Positions 7,931 through 15,998 are shown, counted from the first letter of the stretch. The stretch: DNA of 24,000 bases from an uncultured Desulfobulbus sp. (GCA_964607065.1 CAZSIJ010000011.1:58459-82458), one strand, 5' to 3'. Made by a program: numbers and translations. Notes: generated by a model not told the origin, from the letters alone.

Positions 7931-7983
7931 AAGGAAGATCCAGAAGATATGATCAAGGAGAAGATGGTTAATCAACAGGGGTT

Positions 7984-9429
7984 TTAGCGTTGCAAAATCC
8001 TGATGCTTCGGCCCTGATGGTCATAGAGGGTGACTGCCAATGCCAGACCGCCATCCAGGCGGTGCGTCGCGCAGGAAATTCAGGGGTCATAGGCGCGGAC
8101 CGCCATCTCGATCCGGTTGAGCATCTCTTCGTCAAATTCACCGTCGCAGATCAGGCTGGAAGCTGCCTGATGCACGCTCAGGTTCATTGGCGCGATATTG
8201 TGGGTGGTGCCGACGATGAGATTGGCCTTGGTGATACAGCCATTGTCATCAGTGGTGTAATCGTGGATCAAGGTGCCACGAGGCGCTTCAACATGACCAA
8301 TGCCCCGACCTGCCTGTGGTGTAGCCGGATTGCGTATGGCAGGGTCCGTGATAGTATCGTCTGCCAGTAGCTCCAAGGTCCTTTCACAGGCGTAAACCAG
8401 TTCAATCAGCCGGGCCCAGTGGTACAACAGGGTGCCCTGGGCGGGGCGTCCAAATTGTTCACGAAAAGCCTCCAGTTCTGCCTGGGCCCTTGGAGTGGCA
8501 ATGCGGTCGCAAACATTGAGGCGGGCCAGAGTGTTGACCCGGTAGATGCCTTTGGGTGCTGCTGGATCGAGGGAGAAACCCTCGCGCCAGGATTTGGCAT
8601 AGACCATCTTGGCTGTGGACCAAGGCTCGACATGTTCGCTCAGATGCAGTTCATAGTCACTTGCCGGGAAATCGATAGATTCGCCATTGGGATGCATCAA
8701 CCGCAGCAAGCCGTCGTAGAGTTGCAGGTTTCCCTGCGCATCGACCGCACCCAGAAAGCCGGTAGTGATGGCGCCCAAGGATTGCATCTCCTCCCGAAAG
8801 CGGCCGAAGACTTTGTCTTTCGCATAGTCGAGGGCAAAGGATGCAAAATCGAGCAGCAGGGCGGCGTCTCGTTGCAACTCTTGGCGTTCCTCATTGCTCA
8901 TCGGTTTGGCAAAACCGCCGACCACTCCGGCTACCGGATGGATGGCCTTGCCGGCAAATCGCTCCAGCATCATTTGCCCCAGTTGCCGCATGTGAACGAC
9001 GCGGGCCGCCAGTTCCGGGTCCTTGCGCACCATGCCCATGATATTGCGGACCGAATAGTCGCTGTCCGGGCCAAGAACAAAATCAGGAGCTGCAAGAAAG
9101 AAAAAGTGAAGGATTTTGTCGTGGATGTGCGCCATAACCTGGCAGAGTTCACGCAATCGGTGGCCGGCTGGGGTGGGGGTAACCCCGAAACAGCCGTCAA
9201 TAGCCTTTACTGCTGCCAGGTGATGCATCCAGGGGCAGATGCCGCAGATTCGGCTGACAATCCGTGGAATCTCCTCAGCTGGCCGCCCGATAACGAACTG
9301 CTCGAAACCACGAAGAGCAGCGATCTCCACACGGGCATCACTGACCCGGCCGCTATCATCTAGGTGAATGGCGATGCTGGCGTGGCCTTCAATTCTGGTG
9401 ACAGGATGGATATGGATAACCTGCGCCAT
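7984..9429 (-). CDS. mvhA: [NiFeSe]-hydrogenase large subunit, MvhA/VhuA-like (group 3c), selenocysteine encoded by in-frame TGA at 8080-8082
   Basis: The likely true start is the ATG at 9429 (MAQVIHIHPVTRIEGHASIAI...RICGICPWMHH); the 51 upstream codons in the track ORF are not hydrogenase-like. The track ORF ends ...VRAYDP at a TGA. Reading through on the minus strand gives DP-U-ISCATH-RLDGGLALAVTLYDHQGRSIRILQR-TAA (stop at 7984-7986). That is the canonical DPCxxCxxH Ni site with Sec at the first Cys, plus a 25-aa protease-cleaved tail. The product is 481 aa with Sec at residue 450. Confidence 0.85.
8044..8066 (-). promoter_or_regulatory. Candidate bacterial SECIS hairpin directing Sec insertion at UGA 8080-8082
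   Basis: The minus-strand RNA reads 5'-ACCGCC-UGGAU-GGCGGU-3' (8063->8047), a perfect 6-bp GC-rich stem with a G-containing 5-nt loop. After one C/C mismatch it is extendable by G-U and C-G pairs. The stem starts 16 nt after the UGA, a spacing compatible with known bacterial SECIS elements. Confidence 0.5.
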
Positions 9430-9472
9430 GATTACAAAATCCTCAGAGTGGTAAGGGAGCGGTTTCCCTGCG

Positions 9473-10393
9473 TCAGTTCTTCTTTCGGGCCGGCTTAAGC
9501 AGGCCGTGAGCGCCACTGAAGCGCAACAGCGATTTGCGGTCAACAAGAGCACGGTGATCGATACCGTTGCTGGCCAGCGCATTCATCATGTCCAGAAGTT
9601 GATTGCCGCCGGGTTGTACCGGCCCATAACAGCCACGACAGGGAACACGAGCCTGAAGGCAAAGGGGTGTACCTTTGCCGCCGCAGCCACCGGCGGTAAC
9701 CGGTCCCATGCAAACCAAGCCCTGTTCAAGCAGGCATTGCATCCCGCTGATCGGCTGGTCGCGGTCATAGTCAGCATTGTGCAGAAACCGTTGGACTGGG
9801 GCCATTTTTTTCTTCCCCTCCCGGATAGTAGGGCAGGTCTCGCAGACGCTCTTCTGTGGCAGCTGGAATGCTTCCTTGTTGACCAACGCCTTGATAACCG
9901 CCCCAATCAATTGCGGTTGGGGCGGGCATCCGGGCAGGCTGACATCGACCCTCACTTTTTCATCGACACTGTAGACTCGGTCAAGAAAAGCAGGGGCAGA
10001 TGAGGGGGATATCTCATTATCGACGGTGCCGGCTGTAAATACGGTGTGCAGTGTGTCGGCTGTCGACCATTGATTGCGCATCGCTGGAATACCGCCGTGG
10101 GTGGCGCAGGTGCCAAGCGCAATCAGGGTCCGACATTGTTTGCGCATCTCTTGCAGCACCTGGAGATGCTCCTGGTGGGCAACGCCGCCGGAGACCAGGC
10201 CGATATCCGCTTCAGGCAGCGAGAGGGGTGCTCCTTCTCCCCGCTGACCCCCATATTTATGGTCCATAAGCAGGGGAAAATGAACAATTTCTGCCTGATC
10301 GAACAAATCAAGCAATTGCTCCCCCCAATTGAGCATGGAAATTTCACACCCGGAACAGGCATGCAGCCATTCAAAGTTGAGCTTGGGTTTCAT
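9473..10393 (-). CDS. mvhG: [NiFe]-hydrogenase small subunit, MvhG-like (cytoplasmic, no signal peptide)
   Basis: 306-aa ORF: MKPKLNFEWLHACSGCEISML...ALGTCATHGGIP...LPGCPPQP... plus C-terminal Cys clusters (CETCP, GGCGGKGTPLC..CRGCYGP). No Tat motif is present. It lies directly upstream of the large subunit. Confidence 0.9.
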   Translation of the reverse strand: MKPKLNFEWLHACSGCEISMLNWGEQLLDLFDQAEIVHFPLLMDHKYGGQRGEGAPLSLPEADIGLVSGGVAHQEHLQVLQEMRKQCRTLIALGTCATHGGIPAMRNQWSTADTLHTVFTAGTVDNEISPSSAPAFLDRVYSVDEKVRVDVSLPGCPPQPQLIGAVIKALVNKEAFQLPQKSVCETCPTIREGKKKMAPVQRFLHNADYDRDQPISGMQCLLEQGLVCMGPVTAGGCGGKGTPLCLQARVPCRGCYGPVQPGGNQLLDMMNALASNGIDHRALVDRKSLLRFSGAHGLLKPARKKN

Positions 10394-10417
10394 CAGGTTT
10401 GCTCAATCTCATAGTAT

Positions 10418-10825
10418 CTAGTCCGCCGATTGCTCGGATTGTAACACCGCCAACCGTCCGCACATGTTGCGGAAGGCCTCGACCAACCGTTCCGGTTCGG
10501 CCGAGGAAACCCAGGTCAGTTGGAATTGCTCGGGCGCGTAGCCAAGGTCATCAAGGGTGTCGGTAATCACTTCCGCCCTGGCCAGGGCCATTTCGTTGCC
10601 TTTGATATAGTGACATTCACCGAGGTGGCAACCAATGATCATGACCCCTGCCGCCCCTTGCGCCAGTGCATGCAGGACCATCTCCGGATGAACCATGCCT
10701 GAGCACATGACCCGGATGATCCGTATCGATCCGGGGTATTGCAGGCGAGAAATACCAGCCAGGTCGGCGGCGGCATAGGAGCACCAGTTGCAGCAGAAGG
10801 CGATGATTTTCTGTTCCCGGTTCAT
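10418..10825 (-). CDS. mvhD: MvhD-like [2Fe-2S] hydrogenase delta subunit / HdrA adaptor
   Basis: Start is the ATG at 10825 (MNREQKIIAFCCNWCSYAAADLAG...RVMCSGMV...IIGCHLGECHY), 135 aa, with the typical MvhD Cys pattern. The ATG overlaps the TGA of the upstream hdrA-like gene (ATGA at 10822-10825). The track ORF adds 10 unlikely N-terminal codons. Confidence 0.88.
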   Translation of the reverse strand: MNREQKIIAFCCNWCSYAAADLAGISRLQYPGSIRIIRVMCSGMVHPEMVLHALAQGAAGVMIIGCHLGECHYIKGNEMALARAEVITDTLDDLGYAPEQFQLTWVSSAEPERLVEAFRNMCGRLAVLQSEQSAD

Positions 10826-13800
10826 AGCGATGCCTCTGGAGAAAGCTCCGCGCACAGGGCAGCGTCAATCTGGGCTTCGATTTGATCATAGGTGAATCCG
10901 GAGATGGTGATGCCCCGCTTCGGACAGGTCCCCTGGCAGATGCCGCAACCTTTGCACAGGGCCTGGTTTATGGTCACTGATTTTTTGACTGAGCCATCCT
11001 CGTCCTGGTAGGTTACCAGGTGGATGGTCAAGTAGGGGCAAACATCAATACACAAGCCGCAGCCATCGCAGCGTTCCGGGTCAACCAGAGCTGTGTTGGG
11101 TTCCAGAGCGATTTCTTTGCGGGCCAGGAGACGACCGGCCTTGGCAGCGGCTGCTAGAGCCTGTGAAATCGACTCTTCCAGAGGTTTGGGATAGTGGGCC
11201 AGTCCAGCAACGAAAATGCCGTCGACGTTAAAGTCCATCGGCCGAAGCTTAGCGTGGGCTTCCTGGAAAAAGCCATCGGCGTTCAAGGGGAGCTTAAACA
11301 TGTTGGCCAGTTCCACGGCCTCCTGGCTGGCAAGGGTGGCAGCCGCGAGCACCACCATATCGGCCTTGATTTCCAGCGGCCTGTGGAGGACATGATCCCA
11401 GACCTCGACCAGTACTCCAGTATCTTCACGGCTGATCTTCGGCGGCCCGTGCAGTTCATAGTTGATGAAGATGATGCCCAATTCACGGGCCTGGTTGTAG
11501 ATGCGTTCGCGTTGGCCGTAGGTGCGGATTTCGCGATAAAGGATGTAGATCTGCCGCGAAGGTACTTCTTTTTTTAACTTGATGGCGCTTTGAATCGAAT
11601 GGGTGCAGCAGGATTTCGAACAGTAAGGTCGCTCCTTGTTACGAGAGCCGACACACTGAATGAAGACAAAGGATTTGCCATTTGCCACTCTGGTCTCATT
11701 GTGCATGTGCAGTTTGTCGAACTCAATCGATGCGACCACCTTGGGGATTTTACCGTATTCGAATTCCTCGGGAATATAACGTTTGGCGCCAATGGTAATA
11801 ATCGTAGCACCGTGTTCGATCGTTTGTTTCCGGTTTGTGCCGGTTTTGATAGTGGTGTTGAAGTTGCCGACATGGCCGGTGACCTCTATGACCGTGCTGT
11901 TATAGAAAACCTCGATGTTCGGGTTGTTCTGTACCTCTTCGTTGAGTCCCTTGAGGAATCGGGGCACATGTTCGCCGTTCCAGGTCTGAAAAAGATGGAG
12001 GGCATTACCGCCCAACTGCGACGATTTTTCGATAAGATGGATGTGGAATCCTTGTTGGGCAAGATTCAGCGCTGAGATCATGCCGGCTACGCCTCCGCCG
12101 ATGATCAGGGCCGAGGGGGTAATCGGGATCCGCAGTGGTTTGAGAGCTGTTTGGGTGGCTACCTTGACTACCGCCATCTTGACCAGATCCTTGGCTTTGC
12201 GGGTGGCTGTTTCCGGCTCCTGATTGTGTACCCAGGCATTCTGGTTGCGGATATTAGCCATCTCAAACAGATATTCGTTGATTCCTGCAGATTTAAGCGT
12301 CTTGCGGAACAGCGCTTCATGAGTTCTCGGGGTGCAGGCAGCAACCACAATCCGGTTCAGGCCATTATCCCTGATCTGTTGCACGATGAGATCCTGGGTG
12401 TCCTGGGCACAGGTGAAAAGATTACGCCCCACATGCACGACCTGCGGCAGGGTTTTGGCATAGGCGGTGAGTTCCTCGACATCGATGACGCCAGCGATGT
12501 TGGTGCCGCAATGACAGACGAAAACTCCAATCCGTGGTTCCTGGAGACGTACATCGAGTTCAATCGATGGGGGGGTCGTTTTAGTCCTGGTGTTGCGGGC
12601 GCTCGACAGCAATGACGATACACTGGCTGCGGCTGCGGAACCGCCAATCACCGATTGGGGAATGTCGCGCGGTCCGTTAAAAGCGCCACAGGTAAAGATA
12701 CCTTTTCTGGAGGTGTGGACCGGCATGAAGGCTGAGATAGAGGCAAACCGGTCCGGGGTCATGTGGATACCGATGGTCTCAGCCAATTTGACCATTGAGT
12801 CCGGTGTTTCCAGGCCGACCGAAAGGACTACTAGGTCAACGATCTCCTCGACCTGTTTACCCTGAGGGCTGATGTAGTGAAGGCGCAGGTCACCCTTGGT
12901 CCCTTTCGGTTCCACCCCATGAATGCGGGAACGGATAAATTTAACCCCGTATTCTGAGCGGGCCCGTTCGTAATAGCGGTCAAATTCTTTGCCTGAGGTC
13001 CGCATGTCCATGTGGAAAATGGAAACTTCGAGCTCTGGATTGACCTCTTTCGCCATGACCGCTTCCTTGATCGCATACATACAGCAGACCGAGGAGCAGT
13101 ATTCATTGTTGCAGCGGTTTTTATCTCGGCTGCCGATGCATTGCAGAAAAGCTATCTTCTTTACCGGTTCACCATCGGAGGGACGGGTCAGAATGCCGTC
13201 GGTAGGGCCGTTTGGGGAGAGGTAGCGCTCGAATTGGAGCGAGGTGATAACGTTGGGATAGATGCCATGTCCCCAGACCTTGGCTTTGGACGGATCAAAG
13301 GTTTGGAACCCAAGAGCCATGACCACCGCTCCAACCCGGAGTTCGTGATCATGTTCCTGGTCGTCGAAGTTGATGGCTCCAGGTGGACAGATCTCTGCAC
13401 AGATGCCGCAGGTTCCCGGTTGGTTTATTCTCAGGCAGGCCTCAGGGTCAATCTGGTATTTGAGCGGCACAGCCTGAGGATATTTAATATAGATGGCTTT
13501 GCGTTTGGCGATGTTGCTGTTGAAGGAATCGTCGACACTTTTGGGACACTGAGCGCTGCACTGGCCGCAGGCGATACACTTGCTGGTGTCGACATAGCGG
13601 GGATATTTCCGGACCCGAATGGTGAAGTCACCTGCCTGGCCACTGATATCGACCACCTGAGAAAGGGTCATGATGTTGATGTTGGGGTGGCGTCCGCATT
13701 CGACCAGTTTTGGGGCGATAATGCACATTGAGCAGTCGTTGGTAGGGAAAACCTTGTTGTATTGGGGCATGGCCCCGCCAATGGCACCGGTTTTCTCCAC

Positions 13801-13920
13801 CAGGTAGACCAGGAATCCTAAGTCAGCGAGATCCAAGGCTGCCTGCATCCCGGAGATGCCACCGCCCACCACCATGACTGCACCGCTCATAGTATTGTCA
13901 GACATGTGTTGTCGTTCCAT
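10822..13920 (-). CDS. hdrA: Double-module HdrA-like flavoprotein (1032 aa; two FAD-binding modules, HdrA N-domain in the middle, inserted and C-terminal ferredoxin domains)
   Basis: - Residues ~14-435 are an HdrA thioredoxin-reductase-like module (VVGGGISG, FPTNDCSMC, inserted ferredoxin CIACGQCSAQCP...CGICAEICP, CIGSRD...CSSVCC).
- Residues ~462-590 resemble the HdrA N-terminal domain (IGVFVCHCGTNIAGVIDV).
- Residues ~603-935 are a second FAD module (IIGGGVAG, CVGSRNKERPYCSKSCC) that lacks the TNDCSxC motif.
- Residues ~945-1005 are a 2x[4Fe-4S] ferredoxin (CDGCGLCIDVCP, CKGCGICQGTCP).
- The start codon choice (13920 versus downstream ATGs) is uncertain because no SD is present. Confidence 0.88.
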   Translation of the reverse strand: MERQHMSDNTMSGAVMVVGGGISGMQAALDLADLGFLVYLVEKTGAIGGAMPQYNKVFPTNDCSMCIIAPKLVECGRHPNINIMTLSQVVDISGQAGDFTIRVRKYPRYVDTSKCIACGQCSAQCPKSVDDSFNSNIAKRKAIYIKYPQAVPLKYQIDPEACLRINQPGTCGICAEICPPGAINFDDQEHDHELRVGAVVMALGFQTFDPSKAKVWGHGIYPNVITSLQFERYLSPNGPTDGILTRPSDGEPVKKIAFLQCIGSRDKNRCNNEYCSSVCCMYAIKEAVMAKEVNPELEVSIFHMDMRTSGKEFDRYYERARSEYGVKFIRSRIHGVEPKGTKGDLRLHYISPQGKQVEEIVDLVVLSVGLETPDSMVKLAETIGIHMTPDRFASISAFMPVHTSRKGIFTCGAFNGPRDIPQSVIGGSAAAASVSSLLSSARNTRTKTTPPSIELDVRLQEPRIGVFVCHCGTNIAGVIDVEELTAYAKTLPQVVHVGRNLFTCAQDTQDLIVQQIRDNGLNRIVVAACTPRTHEALFRKTLKSAGINEYLFEMANIRNQNAWVHNQEPETATRKAKDLVKMAVVKVATQTALKPLRIPITPSALIIGGGVAGMISALNLAQQGFHIHLIEKSSQLGGNALHLFQTWNGEHVPRFLKGLNEEVQNNPNIEVFYNSTVIEVTGHVGNFNTTIKTGTNRKQTIEHGATIITIGAKRYIPEEFEYGKIPKVVASIEFDKLHMHNETRVANGKSFVFIQCVGSRNKERPYCSKSCCTHSIQSAIKLKKEVPSRQIYILYREIRTYGQRERIYNQARELGIIFINYELHGPPKISREDTGVLVEVWDHVLHRPLEIKADMVVLAAATLASQEAVELANMFKLPLNADGFFQEAHAKLRPMDFNVDGIFVAGLAHYPKPLEESISQALAAAAKAGRLLARKEIALEPNTALVDPERCDGCGLCIDVCPYLTIHLVTYQDEDGSVKKSVTINQALCKGCGICQGTCPKRGITISGFTYDQIEAQIDAALCAELSPEASL

Positions 13921-14010
13921 GGAATTTCATGGTGAGAGATCGTCTCAACCAGTTTCGTGGTCGTGTTTCGGGAGCAGCCTCTTGTCGTGTATGCCGGTTT
14001 ATGTTCATGG

Positions 14011-15468
14011 TTATCGCGGTTCCCCTGGTTTGACTAAGGCCTTTGCCACCAGTTCCCACAGGAATTGAACCTCGATATTGAGGTTGAATTCACGGTTCAG
14101 CGATTTTTCCAGTTGGTCTTTGCAGTTTTGGCAGGAGGTGATAACCAGCTTCGCTCCTGATTCACTGATTTGCCTGGCCTTGATCCGGCCATGGAAGACC
14201 CGTTCGGCTCCATAGGGGCTGGCCCAGGCTCCGCCACCGGCGCCGCAGCAGTAATTCTCCTCACGATCGGGGATCAGGTCGACATATTTCGTGCAGCAAG
14301 CCTGGGTCAACGATCGGGCCTCCTCAAAATAACCGTGGCCAAAGGTCTTGAGCGATTTTCTGCCGTAGTTGCAGGAGTCGTTAAACGTCACCAGTTTATT
14401 GTGAACAACTGGTGCGAGGGTAATTCGTTTTTCATGGAGATATTCGAGCAATAGGTCGAAAACCGTATAGATTTTGAACTGATTGAGAGATTCGGGAAAC
14501 CAGTGTTCCAGGGCGTACCGGGTGGCGTAATAGGCATGGCCGCACTCGGGCAAAAGCAGTGCCGTGCAGTTGAGCCGCTCTATGTTGTCGATGATCCGTT
14601 CGGCCATGGTGCGCATGGCACTGTAGTCGCCAGAGTAAACCCCCCAGTTGACCCCTTCCCAGTTTTCCGAAGAGATAGTCCACGATTCACCGGCAGCATG
14701 GAAAATCTTCCACCACCAGGTCAGGCTTTCAGGTTCGGCGAAGGGTAGTTTGGAGTTGACGGTCACAAGCATTCTGGCGCCACGGACATCGATAGGGGTG
14801 ATGAAACCGGGACAAGATGACTCGGCCAATTCCTCGCCCAGTTCTTTTAAGAGAGTGATGAAGTCGTCCTTGGGGATGCCGAGGTTGTTTCCTTTTTCAA
14901 GACAGGTGACCACGCCTTTCTGGATGGCAGCGGGTACTTTTTCTCGATCGCGGCGGGAACGGATACGGCGCATCAATTGTAATATCTCGACATTCATCGG
15001 ACAGACAACTTCGCACTTACCGCACATGGTGCATTTCCATGGCCAGTCGCTGGCAAGCAGTTCTTCATCAAGGCCAAGGAAGGCCATGCGAATGATTTTG
15101 CGTGGATCGAGATCGTCAACCCCCGATATTGGGCAGGCTCCGGCACAAGAGCCGCAGGTTAGGCAAACATCGGCCATGGCCGGCTGGTTGTAGAGTGGGT
15201 TGGTCTTGAGTCCCAGGCGTACCGAAGGGAGAGCGCTTTCATTTTTCGGTAAAGAAGGAGCTTCGGTCTTGCTGTTGGGTTCCGGTGCTATCCGGGGTTC
15301 CCTGCCAAATTTATCACAGAGCCGTTTGTAATCCTCCCACTGGATCTGGTATCGTCGTCCCGGGCCTTCCTGTGCCGGCAATGCGCCCGAATTAATCCAG
15401 TTGCGGATGGTGTTGCGGTGTACTCCGAATTCTTCAGCCAGTTCATTGACTTTGATCTCGTAGATCAT
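14011..15468 (-). CDS. HdrD-like heterodisulfide-reductase-type protein (HdrC-like 2x[4Fe-4S] + HdrB-like CCG domain) with N-terminal excisionase/MerR-type helix-turn-helix
   Basis: - Start is the ATG at 15468, which overlaps the protease stop (ATGA at 15465-15468), giving 485 aa.
- Residues 1-50 (MIYEIKVNELAEEFGVHRNTIRNWINSGALPAQEGPGRRYQIQWEDYKRL) match the pattern of excisionase-family HTH domains.
- A ~45-aa Pro/Ser-rich linker follows.
- Next come CLTCGSCAGACP...CTMCGKCEVVCP.
- The CCG region has NDSC...YCCGAGGG...SCQNC. A first CCG-like segment is degenerate (PECGH). Confidence 0.85.
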   Translation of the reverse strand: MIYEIKVNELAEEFGVHRNTIRNWINSGALPAQEGPGRRYQIQWEDYKRLCDKFGREPRIAPEPNSKTEAPSLPKNESALPSVRLGLKTNPLYNQPAMADVCLTCGSCAGACPISGVDDLDPRKIIRMAFLGLDEELLASDWPWKCTMCGKCEVVCPMNVEILQLMRRIRSRRDREKVPAAIQKGVVTCLEKGNNLGIPKDDFITLLKELGEELAESSCPGFITPIDVRGARMLVTVNSKLPFAEPESLTWWWKIFHAAGESWTISSENWEGVNWGVYSGDYSAMRTMAERIIDNIERLNCTALLLPECGHAYYATRYALEHWFPESLNQFKIYTVFDLLLEYLHEKRITLAPVVHNKLVTFNDSCNYGRKSLKTFGHGYFEEARSLTQACCTKYVDLIPDREENYCCGAGGGAWASPYGAERVFHGRIKARQISESGAKLVITSCQNCKDQLEKSLNREFNLNIEVQFLWELVAKALVKPGEPR

Positions 15469-15998
15469 GGAGCGGTTGCCTCCAAGGTGGTGTAACGGGC
15501 GACAATTCGTAAAATCCGGTGACAAGCGTCTTGCACAGCAGCAAGCATGGTCGACGAGAGTCCTGGCGCAATGTGGTCAGGGATGACAGCGGTTTGGGCG
15601 ATCAACAGCACTACCTCAATGCCGGTCTCTTCCTGGAGCTCTCTGAGTAAATTGACCGTAGGAAACTGGTGCAGGGAAAAATCGTGGATTTTTTTCGCTG
15701 CAATTGTCGAAGGCGCGCATTCCAGGACTACGCCCGGAGCGCCGCTCTGTTGGTGACCCGCATCAATAATAATGAGCAGTTCCGGCCGCAGGCTGGGTAG
15801 CATGAGGTAATCGAGCAGGTATTCGCGGATACCGGTGCCGGCATCAACGAGGTAGACCCCTTCCGGCAGGTTGAGGGGTTGTAGCGCTTCGATAACCGCC
15901 GGGCCAAAGCCGTCATCACCAAGCAGGACGTTGCCGCAGCCGAAAATAACCACAGGCGGTGCAGGTGTCACAGGATGGGTATTGTGCGAGATGTGCAT
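15465..15998 (-). CDS. Hydrogenase maturation endopeptidase (HyaD/HybD/FrhD family)
   Basis: 177-aa ORF with VVIFGCGNVLLGDDGFGPAVIEAL...YLVDAGTG...LIIIDA...HQF. This is the metal-binding E/D...D...H pattern of the C-terminal processing proteases. It is the first gene of the hdr/mvh cluster. Confidence 0.88.
   Translation of the reverse strand: MHISHNTHPVTPAPPVVIFGCGNVLLGDDGFGPAVIEALQPLNLPEGVYLVDAGTGIREYLLDYLMLPSLRPELLIIIDAGHQQSGAPGVVLECAPSTIAAKKIHDFSLHQFPTVNLLRELQEETGIEVVLLIAQTAVIPDHIAPGLSSTMLAAVQDACHRILRIVARYTTLEATAP

Noticed and set aside
8419-9363. 314-aa plus-strand ORF antisense to the MvhA-type gene. Similar long antisense ORFs occur at 13012-13731, 14648-15193, 17423-18151, 19261-19860, 11590-12075 and 12151-12615.
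   Set aside because: Each lies entirely inside a strongly supported gene on the opposite strand and has Arg/Gly/Ala/Pro-rich, motif-free translations. These are typical shadow ORFs of GC-rich coding DNA.
9430-9582. N-terminal extensions in track ORFs. These include 51 codons on the MvhA-like ORF and extensions on the mvhD, HdrD-like, lutA, lutC and mobB ORFs.
   Set aside because: The extensions overlap the upstream genes and are not homologous-looking. Internal ATGs give canonical N-termini, often with an SD or ATGA coupling, so I used the shorter coordinates.
13921-14010. Possible second recoding event or hidden N-terminal extension of the HdrA-like gene (an in-frame TGA lies 9 nt upstream of ATG 13920)
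   Set aside because: The upstream codons do not continue any HdrA-like sequence. The preceding gene ends with a clean TAA at 14011-14013. Nothing supports read-through here.
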